Of a stretch of 64,000 nucleotides of DNA, positions 1 through 12,092 are shown in pieces; the first letter of the stretch is position 1; every line of letters begins with the position of its first letter. Position numbers and translations under genes: made by a program. The stretch lies in contig JAUFOQ010000005.1 of the NCBI GenBank assembly GCA_040285855.1, forward strand, positions 248,001 through 312,000. The letters run 5' to 3'. The DNA comes from Eukaryota sp. GEM-RC1. Taxonomy: Eukaryota. Under the pieces are notes generated by a model. The model was given only the letters and a program-made list of their open reading frames with translations. It had not been told where the DNA came from and did not search any database.

Positions 1-450
1 GGACCCTCCAAACTCTTATCTCTTAAAGTTCTTGTAAACAACACTCCTTTTGAAGCACTAATCGACAGTGCTTGCGAAACCTCTTGCTTCTCAGAAGATA
101 TCGCTAAGAAAGCCGGATGCCAAATTGTCGCTAGTAGATTTAAATGTACACTAGCCAATGGAACCAACATCCAATCCAATGGAACTGCCAACTGTATCCT
201 AAGCTTCGAATTCGACCGAATACTCTCTCCGCTAGTGCATATGAAATGCCAGATCCCTATTATACTAGGGAGAAAACCAATTCCTAATTGGATGCGACTT
301 ATTGTCAAGCCTCGGTCTACTAAAAGAAAATTCACTGATGATCAATCTGAACAAAGAACACTCCAAGATCACAGGAGCCGAAGCTACTCTGGACCACCTA
401 ATGGTCGACCCCCCCCAGGAAAGGCCTCGTCGCTTCAACGTGCGCAACAT
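1..450 (+). pseudogene. Ty3/Gypsy-type retrotransposon aspartic protease fragment (truncated pol)
   Basis: Frame 1 reads LKVLVNNTPFEALIDSACETSCFS...CTLANGT (retropepsin D-S-G-like site, here DSA, plus the LANG flap). After a frameshift near 275 it reads FLIGCDLL (ILGxD motif). No RT follows. Confidence 0.7.
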
Positions 451-839
451 TAGACGTGTCAGATATCAAGATTATACTAAAGTACTGAAGTTAAAGCATT
501 TTACAGACATTTATCATTACTCTAAAGTTGCTCATGGGGCAACCTGGTTCATTACAAGATTTCAACTTAAGACTTGGTCACCATCATTTGCTGATTTTTT
601 CAGAACTACTTTTTTCAAAAAAAAATTCCAAAAAAAGTTAGAAAAGAGGAACCAAAACAAACAATATCTCTGAAAAGATAACATACTGTACATGTATAAT
701 TAGAAGGATTGATTTTGTCCAGTTGAAGAATTTTGTTTCAACTCTTGACTAGTCCAATCAAAGCGTTAGAAGATTTATTCTCAACAGTGACATCAATATG
801 TAGAGAGTTTTTCAGTTCATATATATAAAAATTTGTAGT

Positions 840-1298
840 CTAACTGAAGTTTAAGTATTTGCTATACTTTTCTTAATCTTACTTTATCTTTCGTAAAAGT
901 TTATCGATGAAGGGCACAAAAATACATAACATAATAAAAGCCACGAAACACTAGACACAGAAAATTCCTGGTCAACAGTACCACAGTTCTTATACAACTT
1001 TATGAAAATTGAACTAAAAAACTTAAGCACCGAACGGAACAAAGAAAAAATGAAACGGTTATGCCAAATTGAAAAGCTAAATCTCTTATTCTGGGACTTG
1101 CACATTGATCCCAAATCAGTTAAAAACTTAGAAGGCAATTCACCAATACTTTCGATAATACAAATATCTAATACATAAAGAAATTTTGATTGAGCTTAGC
1201 ACCATCACTGGAATATATATATATTACCTTTTTCGGCTGCTTTTAGGTGGTTAAAACCTTTTGAAGTTGCTACTTCAAATACGTTTTAACTGTACAAA
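840..1298. repeat. Degenerate repeated fragment homologous to ~36420-36870; its last ~70 bp also match ~40485-40550
   Basis: Shared strings such as AGTTTATCGATGAAGG, CACAGAAAATTCCTGGTCAACAGTAC and TAGGTGGTT..CCTTT(T)GAA. Confidence 0.75.
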
Positions 1299-2244
1299 GA
1301 AGTGCTATTGATGAGGTAAAAATGAATGTTAATCAGTTTGATTCGTGTCTGCCAGAATAATTGTAGATACATTACTTCTTCAAAACTAGAATACACGAGT
1401 GTAAAACATGAATGATTTTTGAGTTATTAGGGCTGCAGACAAACATCTTTTAGCAAATTTTTATTTTAATTACAACATCACTACCATGACAGTGTACATA
1501 CATCTAATAATCAATATCCTCAAAGTCCAGATTGTCTATCTGAAAATTCTCACCTACCTTATCCTCATAATGTCGGCCAAGAGATAATAAAGCGCTAGAT
1601 ACAGAAAGTATTATACATTTAAAGATAACAAACACAATTCGATTTTTTCGTGAAACCGAATTCAATAATGTCAATTGAGTTTTAAAAGTTTTTCACCAAT
1701 CAACAGAGGGTTTTTAGCATAAGATTTAGCAAGTTTCTTGTTGGAATCATTACAAACATTGATAAAAGTCATTGTGGTTTGTAGTTCGTTAATTTATGAC
1801 ATAAACTTTTTTTATAAAAACAAAAGGAATTACTGTTACTTCATCATTAATCTGAAGAATGATTTGACGGAAACACTTTCAGTCTTTTTTTCTTCTGAGA
1901 AATGTCCAGACAGAGCAGTTGCGACCAGGAGTCTGTCTTTCTTCGTCATCATTCCACATACTTCTTGCTCGTTAACACAACAATAATAAGCAATTAATAA
2001 TAGTAACATGATTCATCTCTTTTGTAATTCTGTTCCTCAACTACTGCATTTATGAGAGACTAGGTAAAATACTGTTATAAAACAAGTAATTACAATAAAG
2101 TAATGGTTAAAACTCGTTGAGATTTGAGTTGAAGCAAAGCACATTTGTAGACATTATCTATAATTAATCATAGACTTCCAACTACTATTGTGCTTGACAT
2201 GTGGATACAATCACGTCATTTCAAGTTCTAATTAGGAATCTATT

Positions 2245-4570
2245 CTAAGTAAACTTCAAATTACCTTTTGAAACTGAATTAATGTAAGCTATGGTTGTGT
2301 CATCAAAAGAATTTAAACCCAGATCAATATTTTCAATTATAGAATTCTCCAGAAAAACGTGAGCAAATGCAATTGCAGCTTTACTTGTAATATAATTAGA
2401 CCTTAGAACAAACTGCTTAATCGATGAATTGGCTTTCAACGCATCAGCTAAAGCTATAGTAGCTGGAACAGTAGGATTAACAACAGAAAGATCGTCAAAT
2501 TGAACAAACTTTAAAAAACTGCTATTTGAAATTAAACTGCACAGTATGGGAATAGTTGAACCATGGAATTCACAGTTTTTTAGAGTCAGTTTTGAATCTT
2601 AAAACTCTCCAGAAAGCGAGTTAGAGATGAAGTGTCTTTAGGTGAAATTTGTTTACAATTCTCAGGAGCAAAAACAAACACTCCATTGATGACGTCAACA
2701 AAATGAGGGAAGATATCAATGTCAAGAACTACTTTCCTCATTGTAAGAATTTCATAGACAATCATAAGTCCTGGAATTGTAGGGAATCCAAAACCAAGAC
2801 ACTTCAAATACTTGAGAGGAACGCCTGAGTTGAGAGCCTCTAAAAGAGCAGTAAGATCAGATTGTTGGATTCTTGATTCAAAACTAATAAACCCACGAGA
2901 AACATCAAAAACATGAGGATCGAAACGGATATCTGGAAGTAGTTTCTGACAAGTAACCAGTTCAAATGCAGCTAGTAACACTTTGAGGGGAACGCAATTA
3001 AAACTTAGATCAACAGACTTTAAAGTAGAATTAGATTGAAGAGCACCAATTATGTCCATAAGACTACCACCATAAAGCTCACAACCGGAAAAACCCATGA
3101 AGGTCAAGTGATTATTGGTCTTAATGAAATCAATCAAAATAGGGATCATCGGACTACCAAATTCACACGTTGATAGAGAGAGTCTCTTAATATTAGAAGA
3201 TTCTACAAGGTTTTGTAGAGAAGAGAAATCATCCGGAGTAATTTGAACACGATAGCCAGGGTTAAAAGAGAGTATACCTTCAGTGACATTTAGATAGTGA
3301 GGGGTAATATTGATAGGGGAAGTGAACTCATTAGTAAACATAGCCTTATAAAGAGTAATTAAACAGTTCAAGTTTAATGAAGGTAAACTGACTTTTTTTA
3401 AAATTGAATTAGTTTGAATTGCGTTTAGGATATTTTTTAAATGAAATAGATTTAAATAAGTAACTGTCAAGGGTCAAAACAAGAAGTCCAGAATTCTTTT
3501 CCAACATTTCTACTAACAAACTTGCCTGGTTTTCATCTAGCCGCCATCTTGTTCGTGACAAACATAGTTCTACCAAAGAGGAATTAATTGTTAAAGAATT
3601 AAAAAGTGACGAGAAATCAGTTGAGATTCCAGACAAGGACAGTTTCCTTAGATTGGTGTTACACGTCAAAACTTCTGAAAGACCATCAATATCAATCTTG
3701 GTGTCGAAAAAGGAAACTTCTTGAAGAGAGGTATTACTAACAAGTGCTGAGAAGACTTTAGAATTGGTCTGGGACACACGTGGAAAAAGAATTGATTTGA
3801 GAGAGAGACTTCGTAAAAGAGGAATAACGACATCGGAATCATTAGTGAAGAAGTGGGAGAGATCAACACTTTTGATTGTAGAATTCTTACGTAAAACAGT
3901 GAAAAGTGACATAAACTCAGCATCACTTACTGCAAACCCCCCTGTTCGAGATAGCTAGCTTTGTTATAGTTGTATTTGAAGAGAAGATGGTGGTGAGAGC
4001 AGTGATTGCGGATGGCGTGAACATATCAATGACGAGATCTAGCTCTTTTACTGTTGAATTAAGAGATAGATGATCGGCAAAAGAAGTAAAAGGAGAACCT
4101 GGATAGACTGTAATATCAAGACGTTTGAGAAGGGGAAAGGAGTGAGAACGTGGATGGTTGAGGAAAGTGAAGTCATTGACATAGTAGTCCAGGTTGAATT
4201 GTAGGCATGAAACAATTGAACTAGACTCAAAGATTGTGTTAGATTTGAAAGTATGTTCCAGTAACAAGTTCACTGATCTAATGTTCGCACCAAAGAACGA
4301 GGAAAGAGAGAGAAGACGATCGAGTTCTTGGGAATCCAAGTGATGAGTGTTTGATTCGAGAAAAACTTGAACTGTAATGGTAGCGGATTCAAGAAAGTGT
4401 TGACTCACATAGCCTATCTTATGAAAGAATAGAGAGAGGTTCTTGGAGAAATCAGAACAAAACTTTGGATAACTGTAGCGACCTGGTTTTATCGAAGCAT
4501 TGTGTAGATGTGTAAGGAAGCGGGAGCCGATTAAGACCAGTAACGATGATGGGAGATGTAAATAGTGCAT
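2245..4570 (-). CDS. RNI-like/NLRC3-like leucine-rich repeat protein (~770 aa), split by three 1-bp indels
   Basis: ORFs 3923-4570, 3409-3912, 2586-3470 and 2245-2439 join into one protein. Repeats include NxxLxxLxL, ALQSNSTLKSVDLSFN and LADALKANSSIKQFVL. The indels are at C6 (~3937), T6 (~3433) and T4 (~2590), where copy B is in frame. Confidence 0.8.
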
Positions 4571-4723
4571 TCTGATGACTGATAAATGTTATCATTAGAG
4601 GTCTACTTTATGATACTGTACATACAAATCTACCCCACAGTCTCACACACTCTTAACACTGATCTGAAAATCAACAAGGTTGTAGTGTTGAAGTACATGC
4701 AGTAAGATGCTATTAGCAGCATT

Positions 4724-5405
4724 CTAGGATCGGTAATGCTTACAAGAAGACTTGTGTGCGTGATTTCCAACAGCAAATATTCCAGATCTTCCCTGATAAT
4801 CAGCAAAACAGAGCCAGCAGAATTCCTTACTACATTTGGAAACATCGCATATGATCACAACCGTCATTCTTTTCGATGCCATATCCACATCCTGGACACG
4901 GCTTTGTGTTTTGTTCAATGTAGTTTCTATTGGCGTTCTCTTCTGATGCATAAATCGATTGCAAGTATTCCTGACATGTTTTTCCTTCATGCCAAACCAC
5001 TCTGTCAACGTAGCAAGTCTTGGTTCTGCATTTAGGACAGGAAATGATTGGGTAGTTCTCCCCATCATCGTACACTGCTCCAAAACCACACCCAGGTTTA
5101 GCACACCACCGGAACTCTGGTATAGATTCAATAAACTTTTTGAAGAGGAGTTCTTCGTATGATTCAAAGTCAAGGGCGGTGGCAAAAGTACGGATGTTTT
5201 CGTGTTCCATTTTAGAGTTACAGTCTGAATTCAAGCAAGGAACTTCTCTGAAGGCGTTTTTGACGTTGATTTCCTCACGAACGTGTCTCAAGATACAAAC
5301 ATTGCAGAAGTCTCTTTCATGATCACAAGAAGAGCACATCTTTACAGACCAATCTTCGTCCTCGTCTTTCTCGGTGAGACAAATACGACAGGAGAGGGCA
5401 GTCAT
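4724..5405 (-). CDS. RBR (RING1-IBR-RING2) E3 ubiquitin ligase, minimal ~226 aa; 1-bp frameshift near 4838
   Basis: RING1 CRIC..CSSCDH..CNVC..CLNSDC; IBR WCAKPGC..CPKC..WH..C; RING2 CPGC..IEKNDGCDHMRC..C..FCWLC with the catalytic Cys. Copy B is uninterrupted. Confidence 0.9.
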
Positions 5406-6306
5406 GGGATGCAAATTTAAATTTTGAATTCTAGTTGAATGAACAGCAGAGGCATGCACAGTGCTTCGTCATGCATCTCCTTTTCCCTTTGATAATATAT
5501 GTCATTCTTGGCATCAAACAAACTGGCAGTCCAACAATAGCAGACTAAGAGGAATTTAGTCTACTCAACATGTATTGATCTTATTTAATACCCCATCCAC
5601 TGCACTAATTGGTATCTTTTTGAACTCGGATCATCCCAAATATGACGAGTTAAACAAACATAGTCTTTGTCATCAAAACAACAATACAAAAAGAGAAGAA
5701 ACATGAAGTAAAAGTACCATGACACGCACTTTGTTAGCTTTTCGGTCATCAAACACCAATACTTGCATGAGAAACAGATAACACTAAATTATAGAAATCA
5801 TGAAGCAACTTTAACTACTGTGAAAGCTGGTCTAAAGTTTGGTGTCTTTCTTGTGTGAATTTAAACTGCAATTAACATTCTTATTAAGAAACAGATACGA
5901 GACAAACACAAGATTATGTGTCACAAACATCAGTACCTCTGTATCAACTCAACAATAAGGAACCCAAAGTTCTATATCGGCAATTCAAGTATCGAAAGAA
6001 GGATTAAGGAAAATGTCTGGGATCAAGGCATCGGTTCCAGCACCCTATTCCATGATGGTTGGAAACACAAACATGGGAAAATCGTCAACAGTCGAGATGA
6101 AACAAACAAATAGAAAAACTACAAGACAAAAGAAAAACAGGAGCACATAACATTATAGAAGCATAAGGAAAAAGAGACTGCCCAAAGAACACAACAGATC
6201 TAAGTACATAAAGATGTTGTACTTAGAGACAAGAGAAACAGATTCTGGCACGACAAAATTCTCTCCTCTGGAATTTTGATGACTTCCTTTCAATGTCAGA
6301 TCCGTC

Positions 6307-6927
6307 ATGCTTGTTGTCTGTTTAGAAGGTCCTCACGGGGTTGGTAAAAGCTCTCTCCTCAAACAGTTTTCTGCATTGGGTTTTCCTACCCTTGATGAAG
6401 CTTTTCTCGATCTGCCTGATTCCATATTACATCCCCAAACTCTCACAATGGAACTTGAATGGCTATCGAAGTGGTTCCAACGCCTTCTGAAAAAGAAATC
6501 AGATCCCAAAGGTCATTATCCCGTCTACATTGCAGACCGAAGCCCCTTTTCAGCTGAGCTGTATGCTCACAACGGAAAGCTTCTGTCACCCGTTCTTCGC
6601 TCCATGGTTGAAGAAATGGAACAAGAAGCTGGTATCAAGATTGTCACCATTCATCTCAAAGTCTCTCCCTCTGTTCTATGGAGTCGTATCCAGACCCGCC
6701 TAGTCACGGAGCCCTCTCGTACCCTGTATAATGAACATCGGTACTCTTGGATGATGACTGTGCTTGAATTCTACAACACGTCATCATGGACATATGTAGT
6801 CTCAAACAATGCCGATTTACAGAACTGTTTGGAGGACGTTGTAAGTACTTTGAACAAGAATGAACAGGGCTTTAGTGAATTGCCAATTGAAGCTCGTCGA
6901 AACTGTGTTTCATCTATTTCTTCATAA
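6307..6927 (+). CDS. Deoxynucleoside kinase / thymidylate kinase-like P-loop kinase
   Basis: N-terminal Walker A (LEGPHGVGKS), DRS motif (IADRSPFS) and lid R..TR. The 206-aa protein is identical to 44925-45545. Confidence 0.85.
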   Translation: MLVVCLEGPHGVGKSSLLKQFSALGFPTLDEAFLDLPDSILHPQTLTMELEWLSKWFQRLLKKKSDPKGHYPVYIADRSPFSAELYAHNGKLLSPVLRSMVEEMEQEAGIKIVTIHLKVSPSVLWSRIQTRLVTEPSRTLYNEHRYSWMMTVLEFYNTSSWTYVVSNNADLQNCLEDVVSTLNKNEQGFSELPIEARRNCVSSISS

Positions 6928-7176
6928 TTCAACACTCTTTGTTAGTGTTTTTTGGAGGTTATTTAATAAACAAAGTATATTTAATAAGTTCTAGGAAGTC
7001 GTTACCCCCATGTTGCGTATTCAAACTGTTCTACACCTCTAAAATTTTTGTTCAGTACAGTGCATCCATTCTTTCATCAGTCAACATGTTTATCCGAATT
7101 GTCAATAGTCAATTATATACACCAAAGTAGACGACCAATAGTGCAGTCTGAAAGTACTTGTAAAATGTCGCGCTAT

Positions 7177-8097
7177 CAATTTTCAGAAATGCGTCAAATG
7201 CGCGCATTTGGCGCATTTTGACGCCTTTTACGCATTTGGGATTTTGTGATCTTGCGCATTTTGACTTTGAGATTTTTTTTGAATTTTTTTTTGCTGTGCT
7301 TCTGTATAAGTCTCTAAAAACAATAACAGTGATGTTGATCTCAAGGCAGTGTTTTGCAGTCCCTCCTTCGTTGGACAAATGCAAAGTTGTACTGTATACA
7401 ATTCAATGAACATTCTTTTGATATCACAATGTGAATTGGTTTAAAATCGGTGAAGTTAGTGTGATTCAACCAAAACTTATGATCAAAAGTCTGTTTTACG
7501 AATATTTACGAACAATGTAAATCGATACAAAACCATAAACGGTTAATATTGTATAAAAAACTGAATGAAATATGGTTTAAAGACCATTTATTAAGACACC
7601 AACGTCCACTGTTTGTCCTGAAAGTTGAAACACGTTTTCTGTATAGATGTGATCAACAGTAACAGTTGTTGAATGAGATTGGCCAATGAGAAGAGGATGT
7701 GCGTTTTCGAGCTCTCAACTCAGCTTAAAGACTTTCAACGAGTTCTGAACACAGTTTTGAACAAGAAAACATTACATCGTCCCCAGTACAAAGTGTTGTT
7801 TCAAACGATTAGTTCCAGCGACGAACTGGTGGACACAATGATGATAATGAACTGTAGAACCTTTGGAAGGAGGTTGGTATACAATTGGAGCGTGATGCCA
7901 AATTATGTGGGATTTTGATACATCTCGAAACGGGTATGGCATATAGAGAATTACGGGTACATGTATCAGTATGACGAAAAAGATTTTTATTTATGGGGTG
8001 TCTCAAGTTCTAAATCAAAATGCGCACGTAAAATGCGCGCATTTGGCGCATTTTGACGCATTTCATTTCTGGAAAGAGTGCGCATTTGACAACACTG
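7177..8097 (-). mobile_element. Non-autonomous hAT element (GCGCATTT-subterminal family), one TIR lost
   Basis: Inverted relative of 46207-47787. Right end TTGACAACACTG is followed by CAATTTTC (8098-8105), which also occurs at 7177-7184. Empty site in copy B at ~45790. Confidence 0.85.
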
Positions 8098-8792
8098 CAA
8101 TTTTCAGAACTGTGACATTTTGCGCACTTTGATTTGGAAGTTGAGACACTCCAGTTACATGTGCAATTCCTGATCCTGTATGATCAATAGATACGTTGGA
8201 TCCTTGGGTATTCCTTCGATAGAGCCTGGAACGAAAATCTGCACCAGCGTGGAACTGCTGCTCCACGTACTTACAAGAAGAAGATCAACTGATGTCCATT
8301 CTTCCCATGTAAACCAGTTCGCTGCCCAATCTTGCTAAGGTGTTATTACTCTAATTGCTCTAATCTGGCAACTCAACTCTGTTACATGATTCTAAGTGTG
8401 GACTTAGGAAAGTCCTTGATCAATAATTCGTACTGAGACTACATGTGGAACGCTGCTTACTACTTCTATAAAAAAAGAACGGGTTTATGATTCAATACAG
8501 TGATCTATAATACATGTTAATGGTTACATCTCTGAAGGCAATAGTATCTCCGACAGTACCTAAGAATAAAGGATTAAGAAAAGAGGTGATGGTCATCGGA
8601 AGCAGAGCTAGAAGAATCGTCTAAATAAAGAAAATGAGAATCGGTTGAGTGACGATGGCAGACACAACGACTTTGAGGTAAAACGCAAAAGAACGTTCAC
8701 CAGGAAGAGAATTAAAGACTTAGATAGAAGTGGCTGATGCATCAGGAAATCTGAATGGTGGTGATGACAGTGCTGCGAATGACGAAGATCAA

Positions 8793-9107
8793 CTAACTCT
8801 CCGAAAGAGAAGATATACGTTTAGATGAGAGAGAATGTAAGGAGAAGTAGAAGAAATGAGTTATATGTTTTATATAGAGAATGAATCTGGGCAATTTTCT
8901 AGTTGTAAGATGAAGGAAGAAATCTGGACAATTTTGTAATCGTCCAACAACACCACAGATGCTACACGTAAAGGGATTTCTCTTCGTACGGGTAGAACAA
9001 GAGCGAGGTTGAGTTGCAGACTCTTCAATAGGAGCGAAAGAAGAAGAAACAAGCATCAAATGAATTAAAAAGAAGTTGATGTGGATTATTGGGGAATGGA
9101 GTAACAT
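8793..9107 (-). pseudogene. Zinc-knuckle-like fragment (probable TE relic)
   Basis: KRNPFTCSICGVVGRLQNCP resembles a degenerate CX2CX4HX4C knuckle. It lies in a ~790-bp block absent from copy B. Confidence 0.3.
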
Positions 9108-9275
9108 GTAGGATGTTGGGATTCATGGACTTGACAGTTGTCACACGTATAAGAAAAAGAGAATTGTGTTGTCACACCAATGACGTATAAGAAAAAGTGG
9201 GCCATTTTGTCACACGAATTCTAAATTTCATTTGTCACACGTATAGATCTAGCCATAGATCTAGCCCCAAAAAAG

Positions 9276-9742
9276 CAGTGTTTGAAAACCACCCGGGTGG
9301 AAATGAAAACCACCCGAGTGGCGTCTGGGTTACTGGGTGGATAATTTTGGTCATACCATCATCTTCAATCCATGACTTCCTGAATACATACTTCGATGTT
9401 CAACGTGTCCTGAATACAATTATTTTAACGGGAGTTATTTCTAGGCTCGGATAGGCTAATATCATCTTATTTATTTATTTTTCAGAATTTTTTTGTAATC
9501 CCAATTTGGGATTATCCCAAACCTAAACAAAGTACTTCATTGTTAGTTATTTTATATCACACACTGCTAAAGTACTTTAAGTTTCATCGTATATGGTGTA
9601 TACAGTAGTTTTTGCACCAAAACTTATGTCTCGTTCTTTAATGCCACCCGGTGACCACCCGGGTGGAAATGAAAACCACCCGGACGCCACCGGTTTCACC
9701 CACCAACCGGGTTGCGTCCGGGTGGAAAATTTTCGAACACTG
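9276..9742. mobile_element. Non-autonomous hAT/MITE (CCACCCGG-subterminal family), 467 bp
   Basis: TIR CAGTGTT(T/C)GAAAA; 8-bp TSD CAAAAAAG at 9268-9275 and 9743-9750; empty site in copy B at ~46175. Confidence 0.92.
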
Positions 9743-9780
9743 CAAAAAAGTGCGTATTTGTCAACACTAAATTCCACTAG

Positions 9781-10507
9781 CAGTGTTATACCATAACCGA
9801 ATTTTCAAATGCCATGCGCCTATGGTCTATGGGTCATGGCTTTCGGACGCATGGCGCATTGGCAATATTTTCGATATCCAACAAAGTTAGTAGATATTAC
9901 GTAAATGAACACATATCGATATATCCCAGTATGTATTATTGGTTTGTAAGTGCAAATCTGTTCTCATACAATTCATTTCACAATCAATTTGAATCGAGTT
10001 CTTCTTTTGATGATTCTCTTACTCCTGTTACATGGTGGAAATCAAATGGTACAACAGCCTGTGTAGTCAAGAAGCTTGCGATTAAGTAAATCTCACAAGT
10101 ATGTTCAGCAGAAACATGTGAAAGTGTATGGAGTTCCTATTCTTATATTCACTCAAACAGAAGGAACCGGCTCACCACCGAAAGAGCTAAGAAGTTAGTG
10201 TATGTGTGCACTTTAATTCCAAATTCCAGAAACAAGCTGGTCTTATGAAATAAAGATGAACAGAACACAGCGTAGACAGCGATTCTGACTATTAGAGCTC
10301 TTTGTATAGGTTTAAAATATAACATTCTTTAAGTATACGTATCATAGAACTACTGTATATGCTCATGTAGTACAGTGTCATTGTTGGAATAACAACACGT
10401 GTTAACACGCCATAACAACACGGCCATAATCAGAAAATGCCATGCGCCTATGGACGCATGGCACGCATGGCACGCATGGCAGTTATGGCTGTCATGGTAC
10501 AACACTG
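9781..10507 (+). mobile_element. Deleted hAT element (CGCATGG-subterminal family) with C-terminal dimerization-domain remnant
   Basis: TIR CAGTGTT(A/G)TACCAT. Remnant reads TPVTWWK..KLAIK*ISQVCSAETCESVWSSYSYIHSNRRNRLTTERAKKLVYV. Flanked by CTAAATTC at 9767-9774 (then 6 extra nt) and 10508-10515. Confidence 0.9.
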
Positions 10508-10515
10508 CTAAATTC

Positions 10516-12060
10516 TAGGACTGTCCAAATTAGGGTCGGTTCATGCAGGTTCGGTTCAAGCTCCATGAACCTGAACCGAACCGAACCGAACTGGTTCTTA
10601 AAACTACGAACCTGAACCTGAACCAGTTTAAACCATACTTGTAAAATACAGATTTCTGTATTTTATGTATTTTTGTATTATATGTATTTTTCAAATAGTG
10701 AGTTTTAAAATACAAAGTGTATTTTAGTGTATTTTTCAAACACACAATCCAAGTGCTTTTTAGCACAGATTTGATGTAAAATGAGTCGATTAGTTAGAGA
10801 TAGTCGTACTTTTTTGGTTTGGGAGATCGTTTGTTTATGAACTGATTGCACTTCTCAGAGTCAAATCCAGAGTAGATGATGAACAAATGAAACAAAAAAG
10901 TTCATATAATTTCAACCAGACCCTCATTCATGACTTCTCTTTCCCAATCCACCCTATACCTATTTTATGAATTTCCTGATGTTGAACAAGAGAATCAGGA
11001 AGTTGTACAAGTTGAAGACGATGGAATTGGTGAGTTAGTGGAGATCCATGACGATGCACTAATGTGGGATACGGGTCACCAACTGCAGGAAAACGCAAAC
11101 GTAGACAGCAATCTACTACTGTACCGTTAACGTTGAGTCGTGGAGATGAAGATTGATTGACGTGGATGTTTGTATTTTACTTTGTATTTTAGTGTATTTT
11201 ATGTATTTTTGTATTTTATGTATTTTTGTATTTTTCAAATGAAAACTCGTGTATTTTACAAGTATGGTTTAAACCGGTTCAGAACTAGTTCAAAACGGAA
11301 TTTCACCTTTATTTTAGTAGTTATACATAATTAAGTCAACAAATCTAAACTCAAACACGCTCATCAACAAACAATTTCTGCAAAGACTTCAAACTAACCA
11401 ATGAAGTAACACTTTTATCAGACAAAGAAGCATGAAATTCAGTGGCTGTCCGGCCTGCAGAAGAAAACATTTGTTCAGATGGAACAGATGTTGCTTGAAG
11501 TGCAAGGTAATTTCTAGCAATCGTAGCCAGTTGATAGTAACGGTGACATCCTTCATATTGCCACCAGACAAGAGCTTCGGAGTTTTGAGCCAATGCAGGC
11601 TCAGCACAGTATAACCCAATTCTTCAGCAGCACTTAAACTAGATCTTGAACGTTTAACATTAGGCTCGAATAAATTATGTTCTGCTAGAGCAGTTGAACA
11701 ACTTTCCATGTTATCAAGCATGGACTCAAACATATCGATGTAAAAAACAACTTCATCTGTTCCAGGAAGCCTGGTTTTGCGAATTCGGGGATCCAAAGAA
11801 GACAACCAAACACCGCAGTTTCGTCAATTCAACAAATTATTTTAAACATAAAGACCTCATATTGATGTTTATTGCTTAAATGCAGTGCTAGAAGCAGATT
11901 ATATTTTGATGAATTAACTGGTTCCGAACTGGTTTGGAACTGGTCTGGTTCAGTTCCAACAAATCACGAACCTGAACCGACTAAATTAGTGAACCCGAAC
12001 TGAACTGAACCAGTTTGGAACTGGTTCGGAACTGAACTGAACCGAATTTGGACAGTCCTA
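10516..12060 (-). mobile_element. Deleted hAT element (GAACC-subterminal family) with transposase C-terminal remnant
   Basis: Perfect 16-bp TIR TAGGACTGTCCAAATT; 8-bp TSD CTAAATTC at 10508-10515 and 12061-12068. Minus-strand remnant LDPR..ALVWW..LATIARNYLALQATSVPSEQMFSSAG at 11351-11805. Confidence 0.93.
10634..11266. mobile_element. Nested non-autonomous hAT-like element (TGTATTT-subterminal family), 633 bp
   Basis: Perfect 17-bp TIR CATACTTGTAAAATACA; 8-bp TSD GTTTAAAC at 10626-10633 and 11267-11274. Confidence 0.9.
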
Positions 12061-12092
12061 CTAAATTCCTTCATCTCGGATCTGGTTGTTAT

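Noticed and set aside
457..509. Possible short LTR (TGTCAG...CAGACA) after the protease fragment
   Set aside because: No second copy, PPT or TSD visible in the window; cannot be supported without upstream sequence.
10530..12050. CRISPR-like array from GAACC/GGTTC, CCGTAC or CCACCCGG repeats
   Set aside because: No regular repeat-spacer period; the motifs cluster just inside TIRs, as hAT subterminal repeats do.
12048..12092. N-terminal extension MDSPTKF... of BTB paralog 1 as TE exonisation
   Set aside because: It starts at a TTG inside the TIR; all three paralogs share the downstream ATG.
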